Assembly: GCF_963921235.1 (NCBI RefSeq)
Contig: NC_086108.1
Span: 36,954,001-37,018,000 of the forward strand
Length of the DNA stretch: 64,000 nucleotides
Direction of reading: 5' to 3'
Source of the DNA: Mobula hypostoma
Lineage: Eukaryota
Below the pieces are notes generated by a model. The model did not search any database. It worked only from the letters and a program-made list of their open reading frames with translations, and was not told the DNA's origin. The translations under genes and the position numbers were made by a program. Shown piece by piece: positions 38,921 through 50,489 of this stretch (positions are counted from its first letter, which is position 1; each line of letters starts with the position of its first letter).

Positions 38921-39419
38921 GTGGCCCCTCATTCTTCTAAACTCCAGCAAATACAAGTTCAGATCTATCAAATGCTCCTCATACATTAATCTTTCCATTC
39001 CCAAGATCATTCTTGTGAACCTTCTCTAGACCCTCTCCAATCCCAGTACATCATTTCTTAGGGAAGGGGCCCAAAATTGCTCTCAATATTCCAAATGTGG
39101 TCTGACTACTGCATTATAAAGCCTTTGAATTACATCTTTTCTTTTATATTATAGTCCTCGTGAAATGAATGTTAACATTGCACTTGCCTTCCTTGCCATC
39201 GACTCAACCTGCAAATTAATGTTGTAAGACTCAACCTTTAGGGAATCCTGCATAAGGACTCTAAAGAGCAGTAAGGGTTAGTAGGGGAATCAACTAGAGC
39301 AGTAAGGGAATTTGTAACATTGTTGAGACCTTCTTAGAGCTATTTCCTCCTTCCTGCAATTCCCTCCAGTTAATTGTGCCATTATTTATTTCGTTTTCAA
39401 ACAACTTCCATTACCTCTA

Positions 39420-39535
39420 CAAAAGCTGCAGTTGCTGGAAATCTGAAACAAAATAGTAAATGCTGGAAGTTCTCAGAAGGTCAGATAGCAAATATGGAAA
39501 GAGATACAGAGTTTGTGTTTCTGTTGGATGACCTT
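39420..39535 (-). repeat. Old Penelope-type tail fragment
   Basis: ctgcagttgctggaaatctgaaac...tgctggaagttctcagaaggtcag. Confidence 0.6.
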
Positions 39536-40071
39536 TACCTGTGTGGATAACTCAGTGTGAAATAGTAGCAAGTGAACAAGGAAAGTTGCAATCTCTCAGT
39601 CTGTTTAGCAAGTCGACCTTGAGAGAAACTCAAAGTTGACCTCACAGTATTAATTGGAAATGTGTGTCAATGCATATCACGTGAGGATAGGATTGTGTTT
39701 CTGTATGACACACAAAGATTTGCAAACTAAGCACTGTCAATGTATGTGGAATGTCACTCTAACTAAGAATTTGATGCTCTCAGGGATGCAGAAAAAAACA
39801 GAGAGAAAGAAACAAGGACCTTGATTAACCTCTCTGTTTAGCAGTTTGTCCTCAGCTTCTAATAATTGCACATTGTGCTCTCATAATTCTCAAATAATTT
39901 GTCAAATTTCTATCCTTTATGCAGAATGTCATCAAATATTAAATGAGCAAAAAAGTCCTGCCCACAGTGTCTGTCACAACATCTGCTATGGTTTGAAAGT
40001 GAACGGGGTAGAAAAAAATAAGTAAAAATTATACCATACACTCCTTTACATGAGAATTCATGTATTTAAGT

Positions 40072-40074
<3 letters not shown>

Positions 40075-40126
<52 letters not shown>
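40075..40126. repeat. (AC)26 microsatellite
   Basis: Perfect dinucleotide run. Confidence 0.98.
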
Positions 40127-40128
<2 letters not shown>

Positions 40129-41379
40129 ATTTATTTATTTATAATATATGACTGAGTATCCACTAATTAATTTAAAACCAAGAGGAAGCTTTTGCAACTT
40201 TGCTTTACTCTCTATTTCAGTCAATTAGACCTGTAGTTTGTTCATATCAGTTTATCAGTAAGTAGATTAAATAGTAAGTTATTTTATACAATTGCATTTT
40301 TAAACACAAAGCAAATTGCTGCTTGCCCAATGGATATTCTGAAAACACTAATGATCTGTATAGAAGGACAGGAACACTCTGAGTTCTCAAAAGGCATTGA
40401 CTGATATATGGCAAAACAGGCTGTCAGGCTGATGTATTGGCAAGAACCCACCCATAAAAATGCGAAATATTGCAGCTCACATTAGTACTGCCAGTAAAAT
40501 CTTGAAGTGCTGTGATGCAGTTTTTACACCAAAGCCGACTACTTTGCTGTAGAAGGTGACACATTTTCAATCCACTCTCAGCAATATATGCTGTGATGGT
40601 GATGAATTTCATTAATTCATGAAAAAGAAATCATCTCGGAAAAGCAAATTGCAAATCAATATTCTTTCCAAGCTAAAAACAAATAATTTCTAGGCTTTCT
40701 GAAAGATTTTTTCTGTACCTTACAAATGCTCTTTTTGCTCCATTTGCTTTTAAGTTACTGTATTTATTTTAGTCTAATTAATATATGCTTCAAACAACAA
40801 TACTATTGTATTATTAGTCTGTAAGCTAGGATAGCTATGATCTGATCTACAGGTCTAGCTGACTGATAGTGAAACTCGTGAATCGTAAATGGAATGAATC
40901 TTGAAAGATCTCAATTGGGCAGCTGAGCAGAACAGGCAGATGCACAAATCTCACGCATTAGCTTAATGTGATTCCTATTAACTTCGTAGAGGTTACTATT
41001 AATGACAAAGCTTTCGCATGATTAGTCTTCTCTTTGAAATGAAATACATTAGTGGATACCTCAAGTTAAAAAAAATAGTCTGTCCTTCAACAATCTGGTG
41101 ATGATTCTCCTTTCCTTCAGTAACAACTGGTGGAAACTCAGATTTGCTATTTGTTGGCAAATAGCCAGCTATGTTCAGAAAATGACCTTATATTCGTTCT
41201 GAAGTTCAAAAATGCGTAACTTAATAACGCGGTTGTAGGGGATGCAGTGTATCCAATGTATCTTATGGTAATAAAGCAATTGTTGGCTAAGAGCATTCCC
41301 ATGTCGAGAAGGTGTTACCAAGATGGAGGATAACTATTACAGGCTTGCAAGTAGCTCAGAAATAATCTAATAATTAATC

Positions 41380-41855
41380 AAGGAAGAATATGAATCAGGT
41401 TTATTGTCACTGACATAAGTCCTGAAATTTGTTGGTTTGCTGCATCACAAGTGGTTAAAATGACATATAGCCTCTTGTGTGCCTTCATCACAATTGCATC
41501 AATATGTTGTGCCTTGAATTCATCCTCTGAGATGTTGAGAGCCAGGAACTTGAAACCGCTCACCCTTCCCAATGCTGATCCCTCAAAGGGGATTGGTGTA
41601 TGTTCTCTGACTTTCCCTTCCTGAAGTCTGCAATCAATTCTTTGGTCTTACTGCCATTGAGTGCACGGTTATTATTGCAACATCACTTAAGCAGCTGATC
41701 TATTTCACTCCTGTACGCCTCCTCGTTGCCATTTGAGATTCTAGCGACAACACTAGAGTCATTGGCAAATTGATAGATCACGTTTGAATTGTGCTGACCT
41801 ACAGTCATGAGTGCAGACGGAGGAGAGCAGTGAGCTAAGAAAGCATCCTTGAAAC
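41380..41855 (-). mobile_element. Rex1/Babar-like fragment with internal deletion
   Basis: YQFANDSSVVARISNGNEEAYRSEI; RVSGFKFLALNISED. Confidence 0.75.
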
Positions 41856-42480
41856 AGCTACCAGCAAACATAATACAACATGGCACCGGAAAGCTTTCAT
41901 AATATGTTACATTGACTTAAAGTGTGGTTTCTCATGGAACATTTATTTGCTGTTGAGAAATGCCATATGGAGGAAAAGATTCCAAGAGGTGCAATGAAAG
42001 ACAGATTTTGATTCATTACTGGAAAGTGTTTCTGACAGCTACATTTTTGGATACTAAATAGCTATGGCTTCACTGAAATAGCATGTGAGACATGCCGCCA
42101 AGTGACTGGAAATGTCAGACCTGCGTTGCCCACGTTAAGCAGCAAACCAATGATCTGCGTTATGATAGAGCAGATAAATTGGCTCAGCAGCTGTACTTTG
42201 AAACAAGTAACTTCCATTGCAAACAATGATAACTTTCTCTCTGAATTGAATTGATAATGACTAAGCGAGAGATGAAAACAAAAGTAGGGCTGTTGTTATA
42301 TCCGGTTGGTCACCCAAGCAAAGAGCTTCAACTAAATCAGGATATAATAAAAGAATTTCTCAAGGACTTTGAGAATTAGAATAATCTTCCACATAATGAG
42401 ATAGTGAACAGATCAAATTTTAAATAAGGTGTCGAAAAAGAATGTCTTGAGGAGACAAAATGAATACCAACAATGAAGTC

Positions 42481-42666
42481 ACAAAAGATTACAGATACTG
42501 GAATCTGAAGCAATAAGAAGCCTGCTGCAGGAACTTAGCAGGTCGAGCAGCATCTTTGGAAAGAAAAGAATCGATGCAGGGTTTCAGCACAAAACACCAA
42601 CAATTCTTTTCTTCCCACAGATGCTACTTGACCTATTGAGTTCCTCCAGCAGAATATTTGTTGCTG
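42481..42666. mobile_element. Palindromic Penelope-tail mini-element
   Basis: ctgctgcaggaacttagcaggtcgagcagcatctttggaaagaaaagaat / attcttttcttcccacagatgctacttgacctattgagttcctccagcag. Confidence 0.75.
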
Positions 42667-43532
42667 AATGCCAATAACCTTCAACTGTACATCGCTAGTG
42701 CCACAGTGCAAATGCCAGTTGGAATTGAAAAAGCTAAAGAATTGGGGGGAAATAAAAGCTACAATGTAAATTTGCTTGAAACAGGAGAGAAATACGCCAC
42801 CCTTTGTTGACCAGACAGACCAGCCACTGAAAATAATAACAGAAAGCTATTAAGAAGCAACCTCTACTTCAAGAAGCAGCAGCTAAAGAATGAATTAGAA
42901 CCAGTGTTTATAGGAACTGAATAGTTATCTCAAGCTACTTATGAATAAGAAGCAGTTCATGCATCCTGCAAAGCAAGTTCCAGTAAATGCCAGGTGTAAC
43001 TGACAGCTGAGCATGGAAGTCTGGCTGAAACAAAGATCATCGTGTCAACAGAGCTTGGTATCACGCGTCACATATAGATAAAGCAGACAAGCAGAAAGAC
43101 ACTTTCTGTTCATGTGATTTGAATAAATCAACAATGACAAATATCGACACCATCTAGATCTAAATAGTGTAAAACTTTTTATTGTGTGGGATGTCAAGAA
43201 TGGGTTTTGGGTTGCAGAACTCAGTCGTGAGAATTAATTTTCAGTTCTCTTTGACAAAAATTTGAGAAGATGTTGGTGGCTGAGGAGCATTATGAATTGA
43301 GAATGGACTCAAAGGGTTTCAGATACTTGAAGGATTTCAGAATCAGAATCAGGTTTAATATCACCGGCATATATCGTGAAGCTTGTTGTGTTTGTGGCAG
43401 CAGTACAATGCAAAACCTAATATTAGAGACCTTTTATTGGAGGATTTACTCATGTTCGGACCAGAATAGATAGATTTTTACCTTTGGAGAAAAGAATCAG
43501 CTACTGTAGAGACAAACAGATTAGTCTCATAA

Positions 43533-44030
43533 CATAAACACAAGCGATTCTGCAGATGCTGGAAATCCAGAGTAACACATGGAAGATGCCGGAGGAAATC
43601 AGCAGGTCAGTCAACATAATTGGAAATGAATGCATAACCGACTGGAAAGGAAGGGGGAAGAAGCTAGAGTAGGATGAGGGAAGGGAAGGAGTACCAAGGT
43701 AGAAGGTGATAGGTGAAGCCAATTGGGTGGGGGAGGGGGAATTTAGTAAGAAGCTGGGAGGCGATAGGTGGAAAAGGTGAAGGGCTGAAGATGAAGGAAT
43801 CTGACAGGAGAGGAGAGATTGGGAGAAAGGGAAGGTGAAGGAAGACCAAGGGGAGGTGATTGGTAGGTGAGGTGAAGAGAAAAGGTAAGAGAGGAGACAG
43901 TGTGTGGAATGGAAGAAGAGGATGGGGGAAAATTACCGTTAATCACAAATATCAATGTTCATGTGATCAGGTTGGAGGCTGCCCAGATGGAATATGAAGT
44001 GTTGCTAGTCCAACCTGAGAGTGGTCTCAT
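43533..44030 (-). mobile_element. Penelope-like element 3' end
   Basis: Reverse complement resembles 47850-48330 (QHFIFHLGSLQPDHMNID, CT-rich UTR, tail). Confidence 0.8.
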
Positions 44031-44034
44031 ACAC

Positions 44035-44325
44035 CACCTTCCCTCGGTGCCTTGGCTCCCTCCCTCTCTGCTCCTGCCTGTCAACATTTTCCCCTCAACT
44101 CTTCCATTGCCCCTTCCCCTATTCTTATCTCAATCCTCCCTCCCTGTCCACCAACTCCTCTTTTCCACCTCCCCTCTTCCCCCTCCCAATTCTTCCTCCC
44201 CATCTTTTTCTCATCTTCTGATCCCCACCTCCCCTTCCTCTTTCCCCTTTCCCTCCTTCCCTCCCACGTCTTCCCCTTCCTATGCTTCATCTTCCCCCTC
44301 TACATTTCTCCTATCCTTCTCCTCA
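44035..44325. repeat. Polypyrimidine low-complexity tract
   Basis: Almost exclusively C/T on + strand. Confidence 0.85.
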
Positions 44326-45394
44326 AGCTTTGTAGAGATGTCTGTAGGCCTTCAATAAGTTCTCTACACTCCACGTACCCCACTACTGAAATTTGTCTAA
44401 CCTATTGTCCTCCCAAAACCCATATGAAGATTGCAACCTACTCTCCTTCCCACTTTGAATACTGCCACTCTAAAGCACACCAAAAGGAGGATTATTTGGT
44501 AAGTGCTGCTTCATTCTGCATGTACAACAATGATCTGGTCTGTTTCCTGAGTCTGGCAAAGACAGACTGATTGTAAAGCAAAGATACTAACTATAGTAAG
44601 CTGCAACTTCAAGTGATTAATGTCTTTCTGTGGTACTTCTGGATAAAAATGAATTCCAAAAATTGCATGAACAATGTTGCTTTGATCTGAAATTTGATCA
44701 TTTGTTTGTACTTTTTGCCTGTATTTATTAAATGTTACTGGAAGTAAAAGTAATTACAGCCAAATGGACTAAATTTAATATCTGTACTCTGATTCAATTG
44801 AGATTTAAAAAGTGCATTGGAATTGTAATTAACTTAAATATTATATTGGCTTTTAGTTATATCTGTTTCAAACTATGTTAGCTTAATATTCTTAGAAGTT
44901 AGTTTCAGAGGTGAGAACAGAAGATAATCAGGATCATTGCAATATTCAGGAACAATGGCAAGCTATCGATGATAATTTTCTTTCTAAGAACTGTTTACTT
45001 CAATAACACCTCTCAACCAACTTCCAATTTTGATATTGTTCAAGATAAAGAGCAAAAAATAAAAAAAATAATAGAAACAGCGCATAAGAAGGCTTTGAAG
45101 AATCAGTTTTATTTTGAATAATTTAATTTTGAAAGGATAACACAAATATTTAATTCTGCATACTCACTTCTGGTGGACATTGCATTTGCAAAACTGTACA
45201 TGCTGTTGAATTAACCGTGGATCAGAGTGAATAAGGGTGTGTGCTTGATTGGTAATGATGCCCTGTGATTGGAATTCTTTATTCCATTGTATGAAATTGT
45301 TAAGTTTCAAAAATCTTATGCTTAGAAATGAGCATTAATTTAGTTTTCTGTAAAAATCACGCATGAAGTCTACTCTGCACATGATTTATGCCAT

Positions 45395-46165
45395 AGATTT
45401 AGAAGTCCAGCCCACCATGCAACCAGATAAGCCCATCCCGCTCTGAAAAACTTAAGCATCTGTCTTGTGCTATCCTTAAATCATAAATTCTAATCCTTTC
45501 TGCAGTTTGCATTGAAGTGCTCACCCAGGTTCTTTTTAAATTGCCCAGCATGTAAACATTATCTACCTTTTTCATTCGTACATTCACTAAGATCCAGACC
45601 TTGATCATGTTTCAGCTTCAACCAATCTTCCTCAATTCACTTCTAATCCTTCTAATAATTGCTTTACATCTGTACACCCATGCTGCTAAGAGATATTGAT
45701 CCCTTGTGTTCAACTTGTCTAGCCTTCACATACTTTTATACATCACAATTAAATGATCTGTTGGCATCCTCTGTAGCAAAGAGAACATCTCCAGCCTAGA
45801 CAAGCTTTCTTCACACCCAAAGATCTCCAGCATCGATGTCACTCTTTTAAAACTTCTTCATAAACTTCTGCCATTGTGACATCTTTCATATTTGATGTGT
45901 TGACAAGAACCATCTATAATTCTTTAGTGCTGATCTAATTCCTGCTCTTTTATTCCATTTTGGACAAATCCTTTTAATTTTGTACTATACATCTAGCTTG
46001 CTACATTCAGTAATATATATATAAATGCATTTGCTATGACCTTCTATATTTCCCAGCATTCTACCATTTATTAAGCATTCCTTTGCTTTGTTTTCCCTTC
46101 CCAAAGGAATTACAACAGTACATATATCCTTTTTTGCCTAACTGATAAACCCAATGATGTGAAGA
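45395..46165 (-). mobile_element. Very old CR1-type 3' fragment
   Basis: Degenerate cagcccacc tail and tgacaagaac (FWSP-region) remnants. Confidence 0.5.
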
Positions 46166-46249
46166 GTTCAGAGCAATTTGCAAACCAAGTCAATGTTCCT
46201 ACATTTATGTGCAAGGCATTAATATGAAACACATAAAGCAAGGAAAATC

Positions 46250-46378
46250 GGAAGGATGGCAGATGCTAGATATCTGAAATGAAAACAGCAAATTCTGGAA
46301 ATGCAGTACATCAGGCAGCAGCTATGAAGAGAGAAACAGTTAATGTTTCAAAGCCAAGATCTATCATTTGAACTGGGT
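46250..46378 (-). repeat. Old Penelope-type tail fragment
   Basis: gcagatgctagatatctgaaatgaaaacag...caggcagcagc...gttaatgtttca. Confidence 0.6.
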
Positions 46379-46439
46379 GGGAGAGGAACTTTAACAATTC
46401 ATTTGAACTGTCCTTGAGTAATTTGTGCTTGTGTAAGTA

Positions 46440-47936
46440 ATGAATTATACTGTCCCTCACAATGTAGACATGCTTCAAGGGGAATATTTTCTAATATGTT
46501 CATATCAGGTAGTAGTAATATTTTTGAACAGAAGCCTTAAAGCCTGGCCTGGCCCCCACCGCTTTATTTTCACCATGGATGTCCAGTCCTTAAATACTTC
46601 CATCCCCCATCAGGAAGGTCTCAAAGCTCTACGCTTCTTTTTGGATTCCAGACCTAATCAGTTCCCCTCTACCACCACTCTGCTCCGTCTAGCGGAATTA
46701 GTCCTTACTCTTAATAATTTCTCCTTTGGCTCCTCCCACTTCCTCCAAACTAAAGGTGTAGCTATGGGCACCCGTATGGGTCCTAGCTATGCCTGCCTTT
46801 TTGTTGGGTTTGTGGAACAATCTATGTTCCGTGCCTATTCTGGTATCTGTCCCCCGCTTTTCCTTCGCTACATCGACGACTGCATTGGCGCTGCTTCCTG
46901 CAGGCATGCAGAACTCGTTGACTTTATTAACTTTGCCTCCAACTTTCACCCTGCCCTCAAGTTTACCTGGTCCATTTCCGACACCTCCCTCCCCTTTCTA
47001 GATCTTTCTGTCTCTGTCTCTGGAGACAGCTTATCCACTGATGTCTACTATAAGCCTACTGACTCTCACAGCTATCTGGACTATTCCTCTTCTCACCCTG
47101 TCTCTTGCAAAAACGACATCGCCTTCTCGCAATTCCTCCGTCTCCGCCACATCTGCTCTCAGGATGAGGCTTTTCATTCTAGGACGAGGGAGATGTCTTC
47201 CTTTTTTAAAGAAAGGGGCTTCCCTTCCTCCACTATCAACTCTGCTCTTAAACGCATCTCCCCCATTTCACGTACATCTGCTCTCACTCCATCCTCCCGC
47301 CACCCCACTAGGAATAGGGTTCCCCTGGTCCTCACCTACCACCCCACCAGCCTCCGGGTCCAACATATTATTCTCCGTAACTTCCGCCACCTCCAACAGG
47401 ATCCCACCACTAAGCACATCTTTCCCTCCCCGCCTCTCTCTGCATTCCGCAGGGATTGCTCCCTACACAACTCCCTTGTCCATTCTTCCCCCCCATCCCT
47501 CCCTACTGATCTCCCCCCTGGCACTTATCCATGTACGCGGAACAAGTGCTACACATGCCCTTACACTTCCTCCCTTACCACCATTCAGGGCCCCAAACAG
47601 TCCTTCCGGGTGAGGCAACACTTCACCTGTGAGTCGACTGGAGTGATATACTGCGTCCGGTGCTCCCGATGTGGCCTTTTATATATCGGCGAGACCCGAC
47701 GCAGACTGGGAGACCACTTTGCTGAACATCTACGCTCTGTCCGCCAGAGAAAGCAGGATCTCCCAGTGGCCACAGATTTTAATTCCACATCCCATTCCCA
47801 TTCTGACATGTCTATCCACGGCCTCCTCTACTGTAAAGATGAAGCCACACTCATGTTGGAGGAACAACACCTTATATTCCGTCTGGGTAGCCTCCAACCT
47901 GATGGCATGAACATCGACTTCTCTAACTTCCACTAG
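46440..47936 (+). CDS. Penelope-type reverse transcriptase / GIY-YIG endonuclease, N-terminally truncated (first ~35 codons are flanking DNA)
   Basis: FTMDVQSLNTSIPH, GVAMGTRMGPSYACLFVG, LRYIDD, LPFLDL, YYKPTD; Cys linker CTRNKCYTC; GVIYCVRCSRCGLLYIGETRRRL..HFAEH. Confidence 0.9.
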   Translation: MNYTVPHNVDMLQGEYFLICSYQVVVIFLNRSLKAWPGPHRFIFTMDVQSLNTSIPHQEGLKALRFFLDSRPNQFPSTTTLLRLAELVLTLNNFSFGSSHFLQTKGVAMGTRMGPSYACLFVGFVEQSMFRAYSGICPPLFLRYIDDCIGAASCRHAELVDFINFASNFHPALKFTWSISDTSLPFLDLSVSVSGDSLSTDVYYKPTDSHSYLDYSSSHPVSCKNDIAFSQFLRLRHICSQDEAFHSRTREMSSFFKERGFPSSTINSALKRISPISRTSALTPSSRHPTRNRVPLVLTYHPTSLRVQHIILRNFRHLQQDPTTKHIFPSPPLSAFRRDCSLHNSLVHSSPPSLPTDLPPGTYPCTRNKCYTCPYTSSLTTIQGPKQSFRVRQHFTCESTGVIYCVRCSRCGLLYIGETRRRLGDHFAEHLRSVRQRKQDLPVATDFNSTSHSHSDMSIHGLLYCKDEATLMLEEQHLIFRLGSLQPDGMNIDFSNFH

Positions 47937-48335
47937 GCCCCACCTCCCCCTCGTACCCCATCTGTTACTTATTTTTATGCACACATTCTTTCTCTCACTC
48001 TCCTTTTTCTCCCTCTGTCCCTCTGAATATACCTCTTGCCCATCCTCTGGGTCCCCCCCCCCCCCGGTCTTTCTTCCTGGACCTGCTGTCCCATGATCCT
48101 CTCGTATCCCCTTTTGCCTATCACCTGTCCAGCTCTTGGCTCTACTCCTCCCCCTCCTGTCTTCTCCTATCATTTTGGATCTCCCCCTCCCCCTCCAACT
48201 TTCAAATCCCTTACTCACTCTTCCTTCAGTTAGTCCTGACGAAGGGTCTCGGCCTGAAACGTCGACTGCACCTCTTCCTAGAGATGCTGCCTGGCCTGCT
48301 GCGTTCACCAGCAACTTTGATATGTGTTGCTTGAT
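46545..48335 (+). mobile_element. Penelope-like retroelement (Neptune-type), 5'-truncated, young
   Basis: Uninterrupted RT + GIY-YIG frame, CT-rich 3' UTR, terminal repeat with hammerhead core; CpG retained. Confidence 0.95.
48231..48268 (+). ncRNA. Minimal type-I hammerhead ribozyme
   Basis: tAGTC-CTGACGA-agggtctcggcct-GAAAC-GTC-GACTg: intact core boxes, stem I AGTC/GACT, stem II, GUC triplet. Confidence 0.8.
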
Positions 48336-48364
48336 ATAACAACGATATTGTGTTTCTCCTATGT

Positions 48365-49245
48365 AACGCTTTATGGCTCCAGTGATCACTGATTGGTGTT
48401 CAAATCCATCGCTATCTGTAAGGAGTTTGTATGTTCTGCCCATGATCACATAGATTTCTTCAGATTTCTTCCCACATTCCAAAGACATACAGGTAAGCGT
48501 TTGTAACTTGAGGGCGTGCTATGTTGGTGCCTGAAGCATGGTAACACTTGCGGGCTACCCCCAACACATCCTAGGACACAAAGTCAGAATCAGGTTTATT
48601 ATCGCTGGCATGTGACATGACATTTGTTAACTTAGTAGCAGCAATTCAATGCAATACATAATATAGAAGAAAATAATAATAATAAAAATAAATAAGTAAA
48701 TCTTATTCAGTATACTTTATACAGTATACGTATATTGAATAGATTATAAATCGTACAAAAAAAAAGAAATACTATATATTAAAAAAAAGTGAAGTAGTGT
48801 CCAAGGGTCAATGTCCATTTAGGATTCGGATGGCAGTGGGAAAGAATCTGTTCCTGAATCGCTGATGGTAACAGTGAGAAAAGGGCATGCCCTAGGTGCT
48901 GGAGGTCCTTAATAATGGACGCTGCCTTTCTGAGACACCGCTCCTTGAAGATGTCCTCGGTACTTTGTACGTTAGTACCCAAGATGGAAGTGACTAAATT
49001 TACAACCCTCTGCAGCTTCTTTCATCCTGTGCAGTAGCCTCCTTGCCCCCATACCAGACAGTGATGCAGCCTGTCAGAATTCTCTCCACAGTACATCTAT
49101 AGAAGTTTTTGAGTGTATTTGTTGACATACCAAATCTCTTCAAACTCCTAATAAAGTATTAGGTGTATAAACTCCTAATAAACTCTGTTGGTTGTTGAAA
49201 CAAAAGATGCATTTCACTGTATGTTTCGATGTTTTGATGTTTTTA
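48365..49245 (+). mobile_element. V-domain tRNA-SINE split by a LINE fragment
   Basis: B-box-like gttcaaatcc; V domain ggagtttgtatgttct...cccacattccaaagac; tail resumes ~49185 (gatgcatttcactgtatgtttcgatg). Confidence 0.75.
48582..49165 (-). mobile_element. Rex1/Babar 3' fragment inside the SINE
   Basis: EDIFKERCLRKAASIIKDLQHLGHALFSLLPS; tail cagaatcaggtttatt. Confidence 0.85.
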
Positions 49246-49839
49246 TGTTATATTGACTGTCCTGTTGTACGCACTATTTATTATAAATTACTATAAATTG
49301 CACATTGGGCATTTAGATAGAGACATAGCGTAAAGATTTTTACTGCTCATGTGTATGAAGGATGTAAGTAATAATCAATTCAATTCAATACATATGATTA
49401 AAGAAGTTACTCTTTAATCTTCAAAAAATTATCAAAATTCATTTTCAAGCATTTTGGGAAGAACCAATTGGACTTTGAAAACAAATGAAAGGAATGGAGG
49501 AGGTGTTATTCACATAGAGTCATGGCCACAATCAATTGATTTTATGAGGTTATTACAAAGAAACTGCCTTAAGTATTCGGCTGCACAACATGAACTTGTT
49601 CATTTCAAACTCTCTTGTCCATTGAAGATCTGTGGTCAAGCTGCATAAACGATGCTCATATCAACATGACAGTTAACAACCATGGATTTGCTAAGTCTGG
49701 ATACATCTCCACCCACTATGAAAGTATTAACATTAGAGTTATTAAGAGAGCTCATTTAGAAATCTTTCATATTGCAGACTAAGATCCAGAGAATTTTTTT
49801 CTAGTGAAGGGGTGTTGATGGGCAAACTTGAGCAGAATG

Positions 49840-50100
49840 TAAGAACCATAGAACCATAGAATCATAGAACCATAGAAACTACAGCACAGAAACAGGCCCT
49901 TTGGCCCTTCTTGGCTGTGCCGAACCATTTTCTGCCTAGTCCCACTGACCTGCACACGGATCATATTCCTCCATACACCTCCCATCCATGTATCTGTCCA
50001 ATTTATTCTTAAATGTTAAAAAAGAACCCGCATTTACCACCTCGTCTGGTAGCTCATTCCATACTCCCACCACTCTCTGTGTGAAGAAGCCCAACCTTGT
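49840..50100 (-). mobile_element. Young CR1 3' end with 8-mer tail
   Basis: (aaccatag)n then aaactacagcacagaaacaggccc. Confidence 0.9.
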
Positions 50101-50489
50101 GTGAAGAAGGGCCAACCATCCTTACATATGGGAGCAGATTTCTCTGATAACCTTGTTAGGGGGAGGTGTAAGCAGGAGAGGGGAATGGTCTGAGTTCTGC
50201 TTAACATGAAGGTGTGTTTAATAGTTAAGGGTATAGTAAAGCGTTTTTGATAGTATTTATTAGTACAATTTAACTACCCAAAGAAAATTGAATTGCATTA
50301 CTTTGTGAGCCTTATCGAGTGTTACCTCACCTGGAAGGGTGAAAGTGGAATCAGGAATTGTAGTATGAAAGTTTAAGGGTTATCAACCTACAAGATTGCT
50401 ACTCCAAATGATTTACCCTAATGTAACTGTTTCCAGTCCACTGTTGCTAAATAACTTCTGTCCAGTAAAATTGGCATTAGCCCAATTTA

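Larger units (their letters stand above)
37195..39265 (-). mobile_element. CR1 3' part, split by nested insertions at ~37565-38920
   Basis: Reverse complement of the 31700-32380 CR1 type; breaks after ttcaataagatt and resumes ccctcattcttctaaactcc. Confidence 0.8.

Noticed and set aside
43900..44570. Pro/Ser/Phe-rich ORFs
   Set aside because: Translation of a C/T low-complexity tract
46250..46378. Inverted 5' terminal repeat of the adjacent young Penelope copy
   Set aside because: Far more diverged than that copy and separated by ~170 bp of unrelated DNA; more likely an older independent fragment
46440..46545. ATG start of the 498-aa ORF as a real N-terminus
   Set aside because: The first ~35 codons are AT-rich flanking DNA; Penelope similarity starts about 46545
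47730..48488. 252-aa minus-strand ORF
   Set aside because: Antisense shadow across the Penelope ORF end, UTR and a SINE; low-complexity G/R/E content, no domain
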